From contig CM102287.1 in the NCBI GenBank assembly GCA_046563655.1, positions 1,984,001 to 2,048,000 on the forward strand: a stretch of DNA of 64,000 bases, written 5' to 3'. The stretch is from Yuukianura sp. NJ FZ-2021 (lineage: Eukaryota). Below the pieces are notes generated by a model, which was given only the letters and a program-made list of their open reading frames with translations, was not told where the DNA came from and searched no databases. This document shows positions 12,601-27,600 of the stretch, in pieces. Made by a program: the position numbers and the translations under genes. Within the stretch, counting starts at the first letter, position 1, and each line of letters starts with the position of its first letter.

Positions 12601-15600
12601 CTAGTATCAAAGTGAGAACTCCTGGTTGGTATCTGGAGTGAGGGCAAGCTCGACATTTCACCGGCACTTCTCGTTTGTGCTCAAAGATGAACCCTGACAA
12701 CATGTGGTTCACTGGGTGATTTTGTCGTTGATGCAGTACGACAAAGTGGACCGGTATTTGATGCATAACATAAAGATGGTTATCAACGGTAACAAAGGTA
12801 AATTCCATGTTTTAGTGTTTCAGGCTTTGTTGTATAGTTCACCCATTAGTTAAACCTAAATGACTATTAGATTTATGCACTTGTAGCATAGTAGAATTGT
12901 GCGAAAGTAAAATTTTGGATTGTTGTTGGACACAAGTTATTCAGATGTCCTTTAGTTGAAGTGAACGATGTTAGTAAAACATTCAAAAGTATTTCATAAA
13001 AATTCCAACCAATAATAGCAAATAATGTTGAATGTTCAATTTTGATTTAGAAAATGTTATAATCGAATATTCCCTGAAATTCCATAGGCAACTGAGTGAT
13101 CGTGATTCCTAGTATCAAAGTGAGAACTCCTGGTTGGTATCTGGAGTGAGGGCAAGCTCGACATTTCACCGGCACTTCTCGTTTGTGCTCAAAGATGAAC
13201 CCTGACAACATGTGGTTCACTGGGTGATTTTGTCGTTGATGCAGTACGACAAAGTGGACCGGTATTTGATGCATAACATAAAGATGGTTATCAACGGTAA
13301 CAAATGTAAATTCCATGTTTTAGTGTTTCAGGCTTTGTTGTATAGTTCACCCATTAGTTAAACCTAAATGGCTATTAGATTTATGCACTTGTTGCATAGT
13401 AGAGTTGTGCTAAAATAGAATTTCGGATTGTTGTTGGACACAAGTTATTCAGATGTCCTTTATTTGAAGTGAACGATGTTAGTAAAACATACAAAAGTAT
13501 TTCTTGAAAATTCCAACTAATAATAGCAAATAATGTTGAATGTTCAATTTTGATTTGGAAAGTGTTATAATCGAATATTCCCTGAAATTCCATAGGCAAC
13601 TGAGTGATCGTGATTCCTAGTATCAAAGTGAGAACTCCTGGTTGGTATCTGGAGTGAGGGCAAGCTCGACATTTCACCGGCACTTCTCGTTTGTGCTCAA
13701 AGATGAACCCTGACAACATGTGGTTCACTGGGTGATTTTGTCGTTGATGCAGTACGACAAAGTGGACCGGTATTTGATGCATAACATAAAGATGGTTATC
13801 AACGGTAACAAAGGTAAATTCCATGTTTTAGTGTTTCAGGCTTTGTTGTATAGTTCACCCATTAGTTAAACCTAAATGACTGTTAGATTTATGCACTTGT
13901 TGCATAGTAAAGTTGTGCTAAAATAGAATTTCGCACTGTTTTTGGACACAAGTTATTTAGATGTCCTTTATTTGATGCGAACGATGTTAGTAAAACATAC
14001 AAAAGTATTTCTTGAAAATTCCAACCAATAATAGCAAATAATGTTGAATGTTCAATTTTGATTTGGAAAGTGTTATAATCGAATATTCCTTGAAATTCCA
14101 TAGGCAACTGAGTGATCGTGATTCCTAGTATCAAAGTGAGAACTCCTGGTTGGTATCTGGAGTGAGGGCAAGCTCGACATTTCACCGGCACTTCTCGTTT
14201 GTGCTCAAAGATGAACCCTGACAACATGTGGTTCACTGGGTGATTTTGTCGTTGATGCAGTACGACAAAGTGGACCGGTATTTGATGCATAACATAAAGA
14301 TGGTTATCAACGGTAACAAAGGTAAATTCCATGTTTTAGTGTTTCAGGCTTTGTTGTATAGTTCACCCATTAGTTAAACCTAAATGGCTATTAGATTTAT
14401 GCACTTGTTGCATAGTAGAGTTGTGCTAAAATAGAATTTCGGACTGTTTTTGGACACAAGTTATTTAGATGTCCTTTATTTGATGCGAACGATGTTAGTA
14501 AAACATACAAAAGTATTTCGTAAAAATTCCAACCAATAATAGCAAATAATGTTGAATGTTCAATTTTGATTTGGAAAGTGTTATAATCGAATATTACCTG
14601 AAATTTCATAGGCAACTGAGTGATCGTGATTCCTAGTATCAAAGTGAGAACTCCTGGTTGGTATCTGGAGTGAGGGCAAGCTCGACATTTCACCGGCACT
14701 TCTCGTTTGTGCTCAAAGATGAACCCTGACAACATGTGGTTCACTGGGTGATTTTGTCGTTGATGCAGTACGACAAAGTGGACCGGTATTTGATGCATAA
14801 CATAAAGATGGTTATCAACGGTAACAAAGGTAAATTCCATGTTTTAGTGTTTCAGGCTTTGTTGTATAGTTCACCCATTAGTTAAACCTAAATGACTATT
14901 AGATTTATGCACTTGTTGCATAGTAGAGTTGTGCTAAAATAGAATTTCGGACTGTTTTTGGACACAAGTTATTTAGATGTCCTTTATTTGAAGTGAACGA
15001 TGTTAGTAAAACATACAAAAGTATTTCGTAAAAATTCCAACCAATAATTGCAAATAATGTTGAATGTTCAATTTTGATTTGGAAAGTGTTATAATCGAAT
15101 ATTCCCTGAAATTCCATAGGCAACTGAGTGATCGTGATTCCTAGTATCAAAGTGAGAACTCCTGGTTGGTATCTGGAGTGAGGGCAAGCTCGACATTTCA
15201 CCGGCACTTCTCGTTTGTGCTCAAAGATGAACCCTGACAACATGTGGTTCACTGGGTGATTTTGTCGTTGATGCAGTACGACAAAGTGGACCGGTATTTG
15301 ATGCATAACATAAAGATGGTTATCAACGGTAACAAAGGTAAATTCCATGTTTTAGTGTTTCAGGCTTTGTTGTATAGTTCACCCATTAGTTAAACCTAAA
15401 TGACTATTAGATTTATGCACTTGTTGCATAGTAGAGTTGTGCTAAAATAGAATTTCGGACTGTTTTTGGACACAAGTTATTTAGATGTCCTTTATTTGAA
15501 GTGAACGATGTTAGTAAAACATACAAAAGTATTTCTTGAAAATTCCAACCAATAATAGCAAATAATGTTGAATGTTCAATTTTGATTTGGAAAGTGTTAT

Positions 15601-18600
15601 AATCGAATATTCCCTGAAATTCCATAGGCAACTGAGTGATCGTGATTCCTAGTATCAAAGTGAGAACTCCTGGTTGGTATCTGGAGTGAGGGCAAGCTCG
15701 ACATTTCACCGGCACTTCTCGTTTGTGCTCAAAGATGAACCCTGACAACATGTGGTTCACTGGGTGATTTTGTCGTTGATGCAGTACGACAAAGTGGACC
15801 GGTATTTGATGCATAACATAAAGATGGTTATCAACGGTAACAAAGGTAAATTCCATGTTTTAGTGTTTCAGGCTTTGTTGTATAGTTCACCCATTAGTTA
15901 AACCTAAATGACTGTTAGATTTATGCACTTGTTGCATAGTAGAGTTGTGCTAAAATAGAATTTCGGACTGTTTTTGGACACAAGTTATTTAGATGTCCTT
16001 TATTTGAAGTGAACGATGTTAGTAAAACATACAAAAGTATTTCTTGAAAATTCCAACCAATAATAGCAAATAATGTTGAATGTTCAATTTTGATTTGGAA
16101 AGTGTTATAATCGAATATTCCCTGAAATTCCATAGGCAACTGAGTGATCGTGATTCCTAGTATCAAAGTGAGAACTCCTGGTTGGTATCTGGAGTGAGGG
16201 CAAGCTCGACATTTCACCGGCACTTCTCGTTTGTGCTCAAAGATGAACCCTGACAACATGTGGTTCACTGGGTGATTTTGTCGTTGATGCAGTACGACAA
16301 AGTGGACCGGTATTTGATGCATAACATAAAGATGGTTATCAACGGTAACAAAGGTAAATTCCATGTTTTAGTGTTTCAGGCTTTGTTGTATAGTTCACCC
16401 ATTAGTTAAACCTAAATGGCTATTAGATTTATGCACTTGTTGCATAGTAGAGTTGTGCTAAAGTAAAATTTCGGATTGTTGTTGGACACAAGTTATTCAG
16501 ATGTCCTTTAGTTGAAGTGAACGATGTTAGTAAAACATACAAAAGTATTTCTTGAAAATTCCAACCAATAATAGCAAATAATGTTGAATGTTCAATTTTG
16601 ATTTAGAAAGTGTTATAATCGAATATTCCCTGAAATTCCATAGGCAACTGAGTGATCGTGATTCCTAGTATCAAAGTGAGAACTCCTGGTTGGTATCTGG
16701 AGTGAGGGCAAGCTCGACATTTCACCGGCACTTCTCGTTTGTGCTCAAAGATGAACCCTGACAACATGTGGTTCACTGGGTGATTTTGTCGTTGATGCAG
16801 TACGACAAAGTGGACCGGTATTTGATGCATAACATAAAGATGGTTATCAACGGTAACAAAGGTAAATTCCATGTTTTAGTGTTTCAGGCTTTGTTGTATA
16901 GTTCACCCATTAGTTAAACCTAAATGACTGTTAGATTTATGCACTTGTAGCATAGTAGAGGTGTGCTAAAGTAAAATTTCGGATTGTTGTTGGACACAAG
17001 TTATTCAGATGTCCTTTATTTGAAGTGAACGATGTTAGTAAAACATACAAAAGTATTTCTTGAAAATTCCAACCAATAATTGCAAATAATGTTGAATGTT
17101 CAATTTTGATTTGGAAAGTGTTATAATCGAATATTCCCTGAAATTCCATAGGCAACTGAGTGATCGTGATTCCTAGTATCAAAGTGAGAACTCCTGGTTG
17201 GTATCTGGAGTGAGGGCAAGCTCGACATTTCACCGGCACTTCTCGTTTGTGCTCAAAGATGAACCCTGACAACATGTGGTTCACTGGGTGATTTTGTCGT
17301 TGATGCAGTACGACAAAGTGGACCGGTATTTGATGCATAACATAAAGATGGTTATCAACGGTAACAAAGGTAAATTCCATGTTTTAGTGTTTCAGGCTTT
17401 GTTGTATAGTTCACCCATTAGTTAAACCTAAATGACTATTAGATTTATGCACTTGTTGCATAGTAGAGTTGTGCTAAAATAGAATTTCGGATTGTTGTTG
17501 GACACAAGTTATTCAGATGTCCTTTAGTTGAAGTGAACGATGTTAGTAAAACATACAAAAGTATTTCATAAAAATTCCAACCAATAATAGCAAATAATGT
17601 TGAATGTTCAATTTTGATTTAGAAAATGTTATAATCGAATATTCCTTGAAATTCCATAGGCAACTGAGTGATCGTGATTCCTAGTATCAAAGTGAGAACT
17701 CCTGGTTGGTATCTGGAGTGAGGGCAAGCTCGACATTTCACCGGCACTTCTCGTTTGTGCTCAAAGATGAACCCTGACAACATGTGGTTCACTGGGTGAT
17801 TTTGTCGTTGATGCAGTACGACAAAGTGGACCGGTATTTGATGCATAACATAAAGATGGTTATCAACGGTAACAAAGGTAAATTCCATGTTTTAGTGTTT
17901 CAGGCTTTGTTGTATAGTTCACCCATTAGTTAAACCTAAATGGCTATTAGATTTATGCACTTGTTGCATAGTAGAGTTGTGCTAAAATAGAATTTCGGAC
18001 TGTTTTTGGACACAAGTTATTTAGATGTCCTTTATTTGATGCGAACGATGTTAGTAAAACATACAAAAGTATTTCGTAAAAATTCCAACCAATAATAGCA
18101 AATAATGTTGAATGTTCAATTTTGATTTGGAAAGTGTTATAATCGAATATTCCCTGAAATTCCATAGGCAACTGAGTGATCGTGATTCCTAGTATCAAAG
18201 TGAGAACTCCTGGTTGGTATCTGGAGTGAGGGCAAGCTCGACATTTCACCGGCACTTCTCGTTTGTGCTCAAAGATGAACCCTGACAACATGTGGTTCAC
18301 TGGGTGATTTTGTCGTTGATGCAGTACGACAAAGTGGACCGGTATTTGATGCATAACATAAAGATGGTTATCAACGGTAACAAAGGTAAATTCCATGTTT
18401 TAGTGTTTCAGGCTTTGTTGTATAGTTCACCCATTAGTTAAACCTAAATGGCTATTAGATTTATGCACTTGTTGCATAGTAGAGTTGTGCTAAAATAGAA
18501 TTTCGGACTGTTTTTGGACACAAGTTATTTAGATGTCCTTTATTTGATGTGAACGATGTTAGTAAAACATACAAAAGTATTTCATAAAAATTCCAACCAA

Positions 18601-21600
18601 TAATAGCAAATAATGTTGAATGTTCAATTTTGATTTAGGAAATGTTATAATCGAATATCCCGTGAAGTTGCATAGGCAACTGAGTGATTCCTAGTATCAA
18701 AGTGAGAACTCCTGGTTTGTATCTGGAGTGAAGGCAAGCTCGACATTTCACCGTCACTTCTCGTTTGTGCTCAAAGATGAAGCCTGACAACATGTGGTTC
18801 ACTGGGTGATTTTGTCGTTGATACACTACGACAAAGTGGACCGGTATTTGATGCATACCATGAAGATGGTTATCAACGGTAACAAAGGTAAATTCCATGT
18901 TTTAGTGTTTCAGGCTTTGTTGTATAGTTCACCCATTAGTTAAACCTAAATGACTGTTAGATTTATGCACTTGTTGCATAGTAGAGTTGTGCTAAAATAA
19001 AATTTCGGACTGTTTTTAGACACAAGTTATTTAGATGTCCTTTATTTGATGTGAACGATGTTAGTAAAACATACAAAAGTATTTCTTGAAAACTTCCAAC
19101 CAATAATAGCAAATAATGTTGAATGTTCAATTTTGATTTGGAAAGTGTTATAATCGAATATTCCCTGAAATTCCATAGGCAACTGAGTGATCGTGATTCC
19201 TAGTATCAAAGTGAGAACTCCTGGTTGGTATCTGGAGTGAGGGCAAGCTCGACATTTCACCGGCACTTCTCGTTTGTGCTCAAAGATGAACCCTGACAAC
19301 ATGTGGTTCACTGGGTGATTTTGTCGTTGATGCAGTACGACAAAGTGGACCGGTATTTGATGCATAACATAAAGATGGTTATCAACGGTAACAAAGGTAA
19401 ATTCCATGTTTTAGTGTTTCAGGCTTTGTTGTATAGTTCACCCATTAGTTAAACCTAAATGACTGTTAGATTTATGCACTTGTAGCATAGTAGAGTTGTG
19501 CTAAAATAAAATTTCGGACTGTTTTTGGACACAAGTTATTTAGATGTCCTTTATTTGATGCGAACGATGTTAGTAAAACATACAAAAGTATTTCTTGAAA
19601 ATTCCAACCAATAATAGCAAATAATGTTGAATGTTCAATTTTGATTTGGAAAGTGTTATAATCGAATATTCCTTGAAATTCCATAGGCAACTGAGTGATC
19701 GTGATTCCTAGTATCAAAGTGAGAACTCCTGGTTGGTATCTGGAGTGAGGGCAAGCTCGACATTTCACCGGCACTTCTCGTTTGTGCTCAAAGATGAACC
19801 CTGACAACATGTGGTTCACTGGGTGATTTTGTCGTTGATGCAGTACGACAAAGTGGACCGGTATTTGATGCATAACATAAAGATGGTTATCAACGGTAAC
19901 AAAGGTAAATTCCATGTTTTAGTGTTTCAGGCTTTGTTGTATAGTTCACCCATTAGTTAAACCTAAATGACTATTAGATTTATGCACTTGTTGCATAGTA
20001 GAGTTGTGCTAAAATAGAATTTCGGACTGTTTTTGGACACAAGTTATTCAGATGTCCTTTAGTTGAAGTGAACGATGTTAGTAAAACATACAAAAGTATT
20101 TCATAAAAATTCCAACCAATAATAGCAAATAATGTTGAATGTTCAATTTTGATTTAGAAAATGTTATAATCGAATATTCCTTGAAATTCCATAGGCAACT
20201 GAGTGATCGTGATTCCTAGTATCAAAGTGAGAACTCCTGGTTGGTATCTGGAGTGAGGGCAAGCTCGACATTTCACCGGCACTTCTCGTTTGTGCTCAAA
20301 GATGAACCCTGACAACATGTGGTTCACTGGGTGATTTTGTCGTTGATGCAGTACGACAAAGTGGACCGGTATTTGATGCATAACATAAAGATGGTTATCA
20401 ACGGTAACAAAGGTAAATTCCATGTTTTAGTGTTTCAGGCTTTGTTGTATAGTTCACCCATTAGTTAAACCTAAATGACTATTAGATTTATGCACTTGTT
20501 GCATAGTAGAGTTGTGCTAAAATAGAATTTCGGACTGTTTTTGGACACAAGTTATTTAGATGTCCTTTATTTGATGCGAACGATGTTAGTAAAACATACA
20601 AAAGTATTTCGTAAAAATTCCAACCAATAATAGCAAATAATGTTGAATGTTCAATTTTGATTTGGAAAGTGTTATAATCGAATATTCCCTGAAATTCCAT
20701 AGGCAACTGAGTGATCGTGATTCCTAGTATCAAAGTGAGAACTCCTGGTTGGTATCTGGAGTGAGGGCAAGCTCGACATTTCACCGGCACTTCTCGTTTG
20801 TGCTCAAAGATGAACCCTGACAACATGTGGTTCACTGGGTGATTTTGTCGTTGATGCAGTACGACAAAGTGGACCGGTATTTGATGCATAACATAAAGAT
20901 GGTTATCAACGGTAACAAAGGTAAATTCCATGTTTTAGTGTTTCAGGCTTTGTTGTATAGTTCACCCATTAGTTAAACCTAAATGACTATTAGATTTATG
21001 CACTTGTTGCATAGTAGAGTTGTGCTAAAATAAAATTTCGGATTGTTGTTGGACACAAGTTAATAAGATGTCCTTTATTTGAAGTGAACGATGTTAGTAA
21101 AACATACAAAAGTATTTCTTGAAAATTCCAACCAATAATAGCAAATAATGTTGAATGTTCAATTTTGATTTAGAAAATGTTATAATCGAATATTCCCTGA
21201 AATTCCATAGGCAACTGAGTGATCGTGATTCCTAGTATCAAAGTGAGAACTCCTGGTTGGTATCTGGAGTGAGGGCAAGCTCGACATTTCACCGGCACTT
21301 CTCGTTTGTGCTCAAAGATGAACCCTGACAACATGTGGTTCACTGGGTGATTTTGTCGTTGATGCAGTACGACAAAGTGGACCGGTATTTGATGCATAAC
21401 ATAAAGATGGTTATCAACGGTAACAAAGGTAAATTCCATGTTTTAGTGTTTCAGGCTTTGTTGTATAGTTCACCCATTAGTTAAACCTAAATGACTATTA
21501 GATTTATGCACTTGTTGCATAGTAGAGTTGTGCTAAAATAGAATTTCGGACTGTTTTTGGACACAAGTTATTTAGATGTCCTTTAGTTGAAGTGAACGAT

Positions 21601-24600
21601 GTTAGTAAAACATACAAAAGTATTTCATAAAAATTCCAACCAATAATAGCAAATAATGTTGAATGTTCAATTTTGATTTAGAAAATGTTATAATCGAATA
21701 TTCCCTGAAATTCCATAGGCAACTGAGTGATCGTGATTCCTAGTATCAAAGTGAGAACTCCTGGTTGGTATCTGGAGTGAGGGCAAGCTCGACATTTCAC
21801 CGGCACTTCTCGTTTGTGCTCAAAGATGAACCCTGACAACATGTGGTTCACTGGGTGATTTTGTCGTTGATGCAGTACGACAAAGTGGACCGGTATTTGA
21901 TGCATACCATGAAGATGGTTATCAACGGTAACAAAGGTAAATTCCATGTTTTAGTGTTTCAGGCTTTGTTGTATAGTTCACCCATTAGTTAAACCTAAAT
22001 GCCTGTTAGATTTATGCACTTGTAGCATAGTAGAAATGTGCTAAAGTAAAATTTCGGATTGTTGTTGGATGCAAGTTATTCAGATGTCCTTTAGTTGAAG
22101 TGAACGATGTTAGTAAAACATACAAAAGTATTTCTTGAAAATTCCAACCAATAATAGCAAATAATGTTGAATGTTCAATTTTGATTTGGAAAATGTTATA
22201 ATCGAATATTCCCTGAAATTCCATAGGCAACTGAGTGATCGTGATTCCTAGTATCAAAGTGAGAACTCCTGGTTGGTATCTGGAGTGAGGGCAAGCTCGA
22301 CATTTCACCGGCACTTCTCGTTTGTGCTCAAAGATGAACCCTGACAACATGTGGTTCACTGGGTGATTTTGTCGTTGATGCAGTACGACAAAGTGGACCG
22401 GTATTTGATGCATAAGATAAAGATGGTTATCAACGGTAACAAAGGTAAATTCCATGTTTTAGTGTTTCAGGCTTTGTTGTATAGTTCACCCATTAGTTAA
22501 ACCTAAATGGCTATTAGATTTATGCACTTGTTGCATAGTAGAGTTGTGCTAAAATAGAATTTCGGATTGTTGTTGGACACAAGTTATTCAGATGTCCTTT
22601 AGTTGAAGTGAACGATGTTAGTAAAACATACAAAAGTATTTCGTAAAAATTCCAACCAATAATAGCAAATAATGTTGAATGTTCAATTTTGATTTGGAAG
22701 GCGTTATAATCGAATATTCCCTGAAATTCCATAGGCAACTGAGTGATCGTGATTCCTAGTATCAAAGTGAGAACTCCTGGTTGGTATCTGGAGTGAGGGC
22801 AAGCTCGACATTTCACCGGCACTTCTCGTTTGTGCTCAAAGATGAACCCTGACAACATGTGGTTCACTGGGTGATTTTGTCGTTGATGCAGTACGACAAA
22901 GTGGACCGGTATTTGATGCATAACATAAAGATGGTTATCAACGGTAACAAAGGTAAATTCCATGTTTTAGTGTTTCAGGCTTTGTTGTATAGTTCACCCA
23001 TTAGTTAAACCTAAACGATTGTTAGATTTATGCACTTGTAGCATAGTAGAAATGTGCTAAAGTAAAATTTCGGATTGTTGTTGGATGCAAGTTATTCAGA
23101 TGTCGTTTATTTGAAGTGAACGATGTTAGTAAAACATACAAAAGAAGTTCCTAAAAATTCCAACCAATAATAGCAAATAATGTTGAATGTTCAATTTTGA
23201 TTTAGAAAATGTTATAATCGAATATCCCGTGAAGTTGAATAGGCAACTGAGTGATGGTGATTCCTAGTATCAAAGTGAGAACTCCTGGTTGGTATCTGGA
23301 GTGAGGGCAAGCTCGACATTTCACCGGCACTTCTCGTTTGTGCTCAAAGATGAACCCTGACAACATGTGGTTCACTGGGTGATTTTGTCGTTGATGCAGT
23401 ACGACAAAGTGGACCGGTATTTGATGCATAACATAAAGATGGTTATCAACGGTAACAAAGGTAAATTCCATGTTTTAGTGTTTCAGGCTTTGTTGTATAG
23501 TTCACCCATTAGTTAAACCTAAATGACTATTAGATTTATGCACTTGTAGCATAGTAGAGTTGTGCTAAAATAAAATTTCGGATTGTTGTTGGACACAAGT
23601 TATTCAGATGTCCTTTAGTTGAAGTGAACGATGTTAGTAAAACATACAAAAGTATTTCATAAAAATTCCAACCAATAATAGCAAATAATGTTGAATGTTC
23701 AATTTTGATTTAGGAAATGTTATAATCGAATATTCCTTGAAATTCCATAGGCAACTGAGTGATCGTGATTCCTAGTATCAAAGTGAGAACTCCTGGTTGG
23801 TATCTGGAGTGAGGGCAAGCTCGACATTTCACCGGCACTTCTCGTTTGTGCTCAAAGATGAACCCTGACAACATGTGGTTCACTGGGTGATTTTGTCGTT
23901 GATGCAGTACGACAAAGTGGACCGGTATTTGATGCATAACATAAAGATGGTTATCAACGGTAACAAAGGTAAATTCCATGTTTTAGTGTTTCAGGCTTTG
24001 TTGTATAGTTCACCCATTAGTTAAACCTAAATGACTATTAGATTTATGCACTTGTTGCATAGTAGAGTAGTGCTAAAATAAAATTTCGGACTGTTTTTGG
24101 ACACAAGTTATTTAGATGTCCTTTATTTGATGTGAACGATGTTAGTAAAACATACAAAAGTATTTTCTAAAAATTCCAACCAATAATAGCAAATAATGTT
24201 GAATGTTCAATTTTGATTTGGAAAGTGTTATAATCGAATATTCCTTGAAATTCCATAGGCAACTGAGTGATCGTGATTCCTAGTATCAAAGTGAGAACTC
24301 CTGGTTGGTATCTGGAGTGAGGGCAAGCTCGACATTTCACCGGCACTTCTCGTTTGTGCTCAAAGATGAACCCTGACAACATGTGGTTCACTGGGTGATT
24401 TTGTCGTTGATGCAGTACGACAAAGTGGACCGGTATTTGATGCATAACATAAAGATGGTTATCAACGGTAACAAATGTAAATTCCATGTTTTAGTGTTTC
24501 AGGCTTTGTTGTATAGTTCACCCATTAGTTAAACCTAAATGGCTATTAGATTTATGCACTTGTTGCATAGTAGAGTTGTGCTAAAATAGAATTTCGGACT

Positions 24601-27600
24601 GTTTTTGGACACAAGTTATTTAGATGTCCTTTATTTGATGCGAACGATGTTAGTAAAACATACAAAAGTATTTCGTAAAAATTCCAACCAATAATAGCAA
24701 ATAATGTTGAATGTTCAATTTTGATTTGGAAAGTGTTATAATCGAATATTCCGTTAAATTCCATAGGCAACTGAGTGATCGTGATTCCTAGTATCAAAGT
24801 GAGAACTCCTGGTTGGTATCTGGAGTGAGGGCAAGCTCGACATTTCACCGGCACTTCTCGTTTGTGCTCAAAGATGAACCCTGACAACATGTGGTTCACT
24901 GGGTGATTTTGTCGTTGATGCAGTACGACAAAGTGGACCGGTATTTGATGCATAACATAAAGATGGTTATCAACGGTAACAAAGGTAAATTCCATGTTTT
25001 AGTGTTTCAGGCTTTGTTGTATAGTTCACCCATTAGTTAAACCTAAATGGCTATTAGATTTATGCACTTGTTGCATAGTAGAGTTGTGCTAAAATAGAAT
25101 TTCGCACTGTTTTTGGACACAAGTTATTTAGATGTCCTTTATTTGATGCGAACGATGTTAGTAAAACATACAAAAGTATTTCTTGAAAATTCCAACCAAT
25201 AATAGCAAATAATGTTGAATGTTCAATTTTGATTTGGAAAGTGTTATAATCGAATATTCCTTGAAATTCCATAGGCAACTGAGTGATCGTGATTCCTAGT
25301 ATCAAAGTGAGAACTCCTGGTTGGTATCTGGAGTGAGGGCAAGCTCGACATTTCACCGGCACTTCTCGTTTGTGCTCAAAGATGAACCCTGACAACATGT
25401 GGTTCACTGGGTGATTTTGTCGTTGATGCAGTACGACAAAGTGGACCGGTATTTGATGCATAACATAAAGATGGTTATCAACGGTAACAAAGGTAAATTC
25501 CATGTTTTAGTGTTTCAGGCTTTGTTGTATAGTTCACCCATTAGTTAAACCTAAATGACTATTAGATTTATGCACTTGTAGCATAGTAGAGATGTGCTAA
25601 AGTAAAATTTCGGATTGTTGTTGGACGCAAGTTATTCAGATGTCCTTTAGTTGAAGTGAACGATGTTAGTAAAACATACAAAAGTATTTCCTAAAAATTC
25701 CAACCAATAATAGCAAATAATGTTGAATGTTCAATTTTGATTTAGAAAATGTTATAATCGAATATTCCTTGAAATTCCATAGGCAACTGAGTGATCGTGA
25801 TTCCTAGTATCAAAGTGAGAACTCCTGGTTGGTATCTGGAGTGAGGGCAAGCTCGACATTTCACCGGCACTTCTCGTTTGTGCTCAAAGATGAACCCTGA
25901 CAACATGTGGTTCACTGGGTGATTTTGTCGTTGATGCAGTACGACAAAGTGGACCGGTATTTGATGCATAAGATAAAGATGGTTATCAACGGTAACAAAG
26001 GTAAATTCCATGTTTTAGTGTTTCAGGCTTTGTTGTATAGTTCACCCATTAGTTAAACCTAAATGGCTATTAGATTTATGCACTTGTTGCATAGTAGAGT
26101 TGTGCTAAAATAGAATTTCGGACTGTTTTTGGACACAAGTTATTTAGATGTCCTTTATTTGATGCGAACGATGTTAGTAAAACATACAAAAGTATTTCAT
26201 AAAAATTCCAACCAATAATAGCAAATAATGTTGAATGTTCAATTTTGATTTAGGAAATGTTATAATCGAATATTCCGTTAAATTCCATAGGCAACTGAGT
26301 GATCGTGATTCCTAGTATCAAAGTGAGAACTCCTGGTTGGTATCTGGAGTGAGGGCAAGCTCGACATTTCACCGGCACTTCTCGTTTGTGCTCAAAGATG
26401 AACCCTGACAACATGTGGTTCACTGGGTGATTTTGTCGTTGATGCACTACGACAAAGTGGACCGGTATTTGATGCATACCATGAAGATGGTTATCAACGG
26501 TAACAAAGGTAAATTCCATGTTTTAGTGTTTCAGGCTTTGTTGTATAGTTCACCCATTAGTTAAACCTAAATGCCTGTTAGATTTATGCACTTGTAGCAT
26601 AGTAGAGTTGTGCTAAAATAGAATTTCGGATTGTTGTTGGACACAAGTTATTCAGATGTCCTTTAGTTGAAGTGAACGATGTTAGTAAAACATACAAAAG
26701 TATTTCCTAAAAATTCCAACCAATAATAGCAAATAATGTTGAATGTTCAATTTTGATTTAGAAAATGTTATAATCGAATATTCCCTGAAATTCCATAGGC
26801 AACTGAGTGATCGTGATTCCTAGTATCAAAGTGAGAACTCCTGGTTGGTATCTGGAGTGAGGGCAAGCTCGACATTTCACCGGCACTTCTCGTTTGTGCT
26901 CAAAGATGAACCCTGACAACATGTGGTTCACTGGGTGATTTTGTCGTTGATGCAGTACGACAAAGTGGACCGGTATTTGATGCATAACATAAAGATGGTT
27001 ATCAACGGTAACAAAGGTAAATTCCATGTTTTAGTGTTTCAGGCTTTGTTGTATAGTTCACCCATTAGTTAAACCTAAATGACTATTAGATTTATGCACT
27101 TGTTGCATAGTAGAGTTGTGCTAAAATAGAATTTCGGACTGTTTTTGGACACAAGTTATTCAGATGTCCTTTAGTTGAAGTGAACGATGTTAGTAAAACA
27201 TACAAAAGTATTTCATAAAAATTCCAACCAATAATAGCAAATAATGTTGAATGTTCAATTTTGATTTAGAAAATGTTATAATCGAATATTCCCTGAAATT
27301 CCATAGGCAACTGAGTGATCGTGATTCCTAGTATCAAAGTGAGAACTCCTGGTTGGTATCTGGAGTGAGGGCAAGCTCGACATTTCACCGGCACTTCTCG
27401 TTTGTGCTCAAAGATGAACCCTGACAACATGTGGTTCACTGGGTGATTTTGTCGTTGATGCAGTACGACAAAGTGGACCGGTATTTGATGCATAACATAA
27501 AGATGGTTATCAACGGTAACAAAGGTAAATTCCATGTTTTAGTGTTTCAGGCTTTGTTGTATAGTTCACCCATTAGTTAAACCTAAATGGCTATTAGATT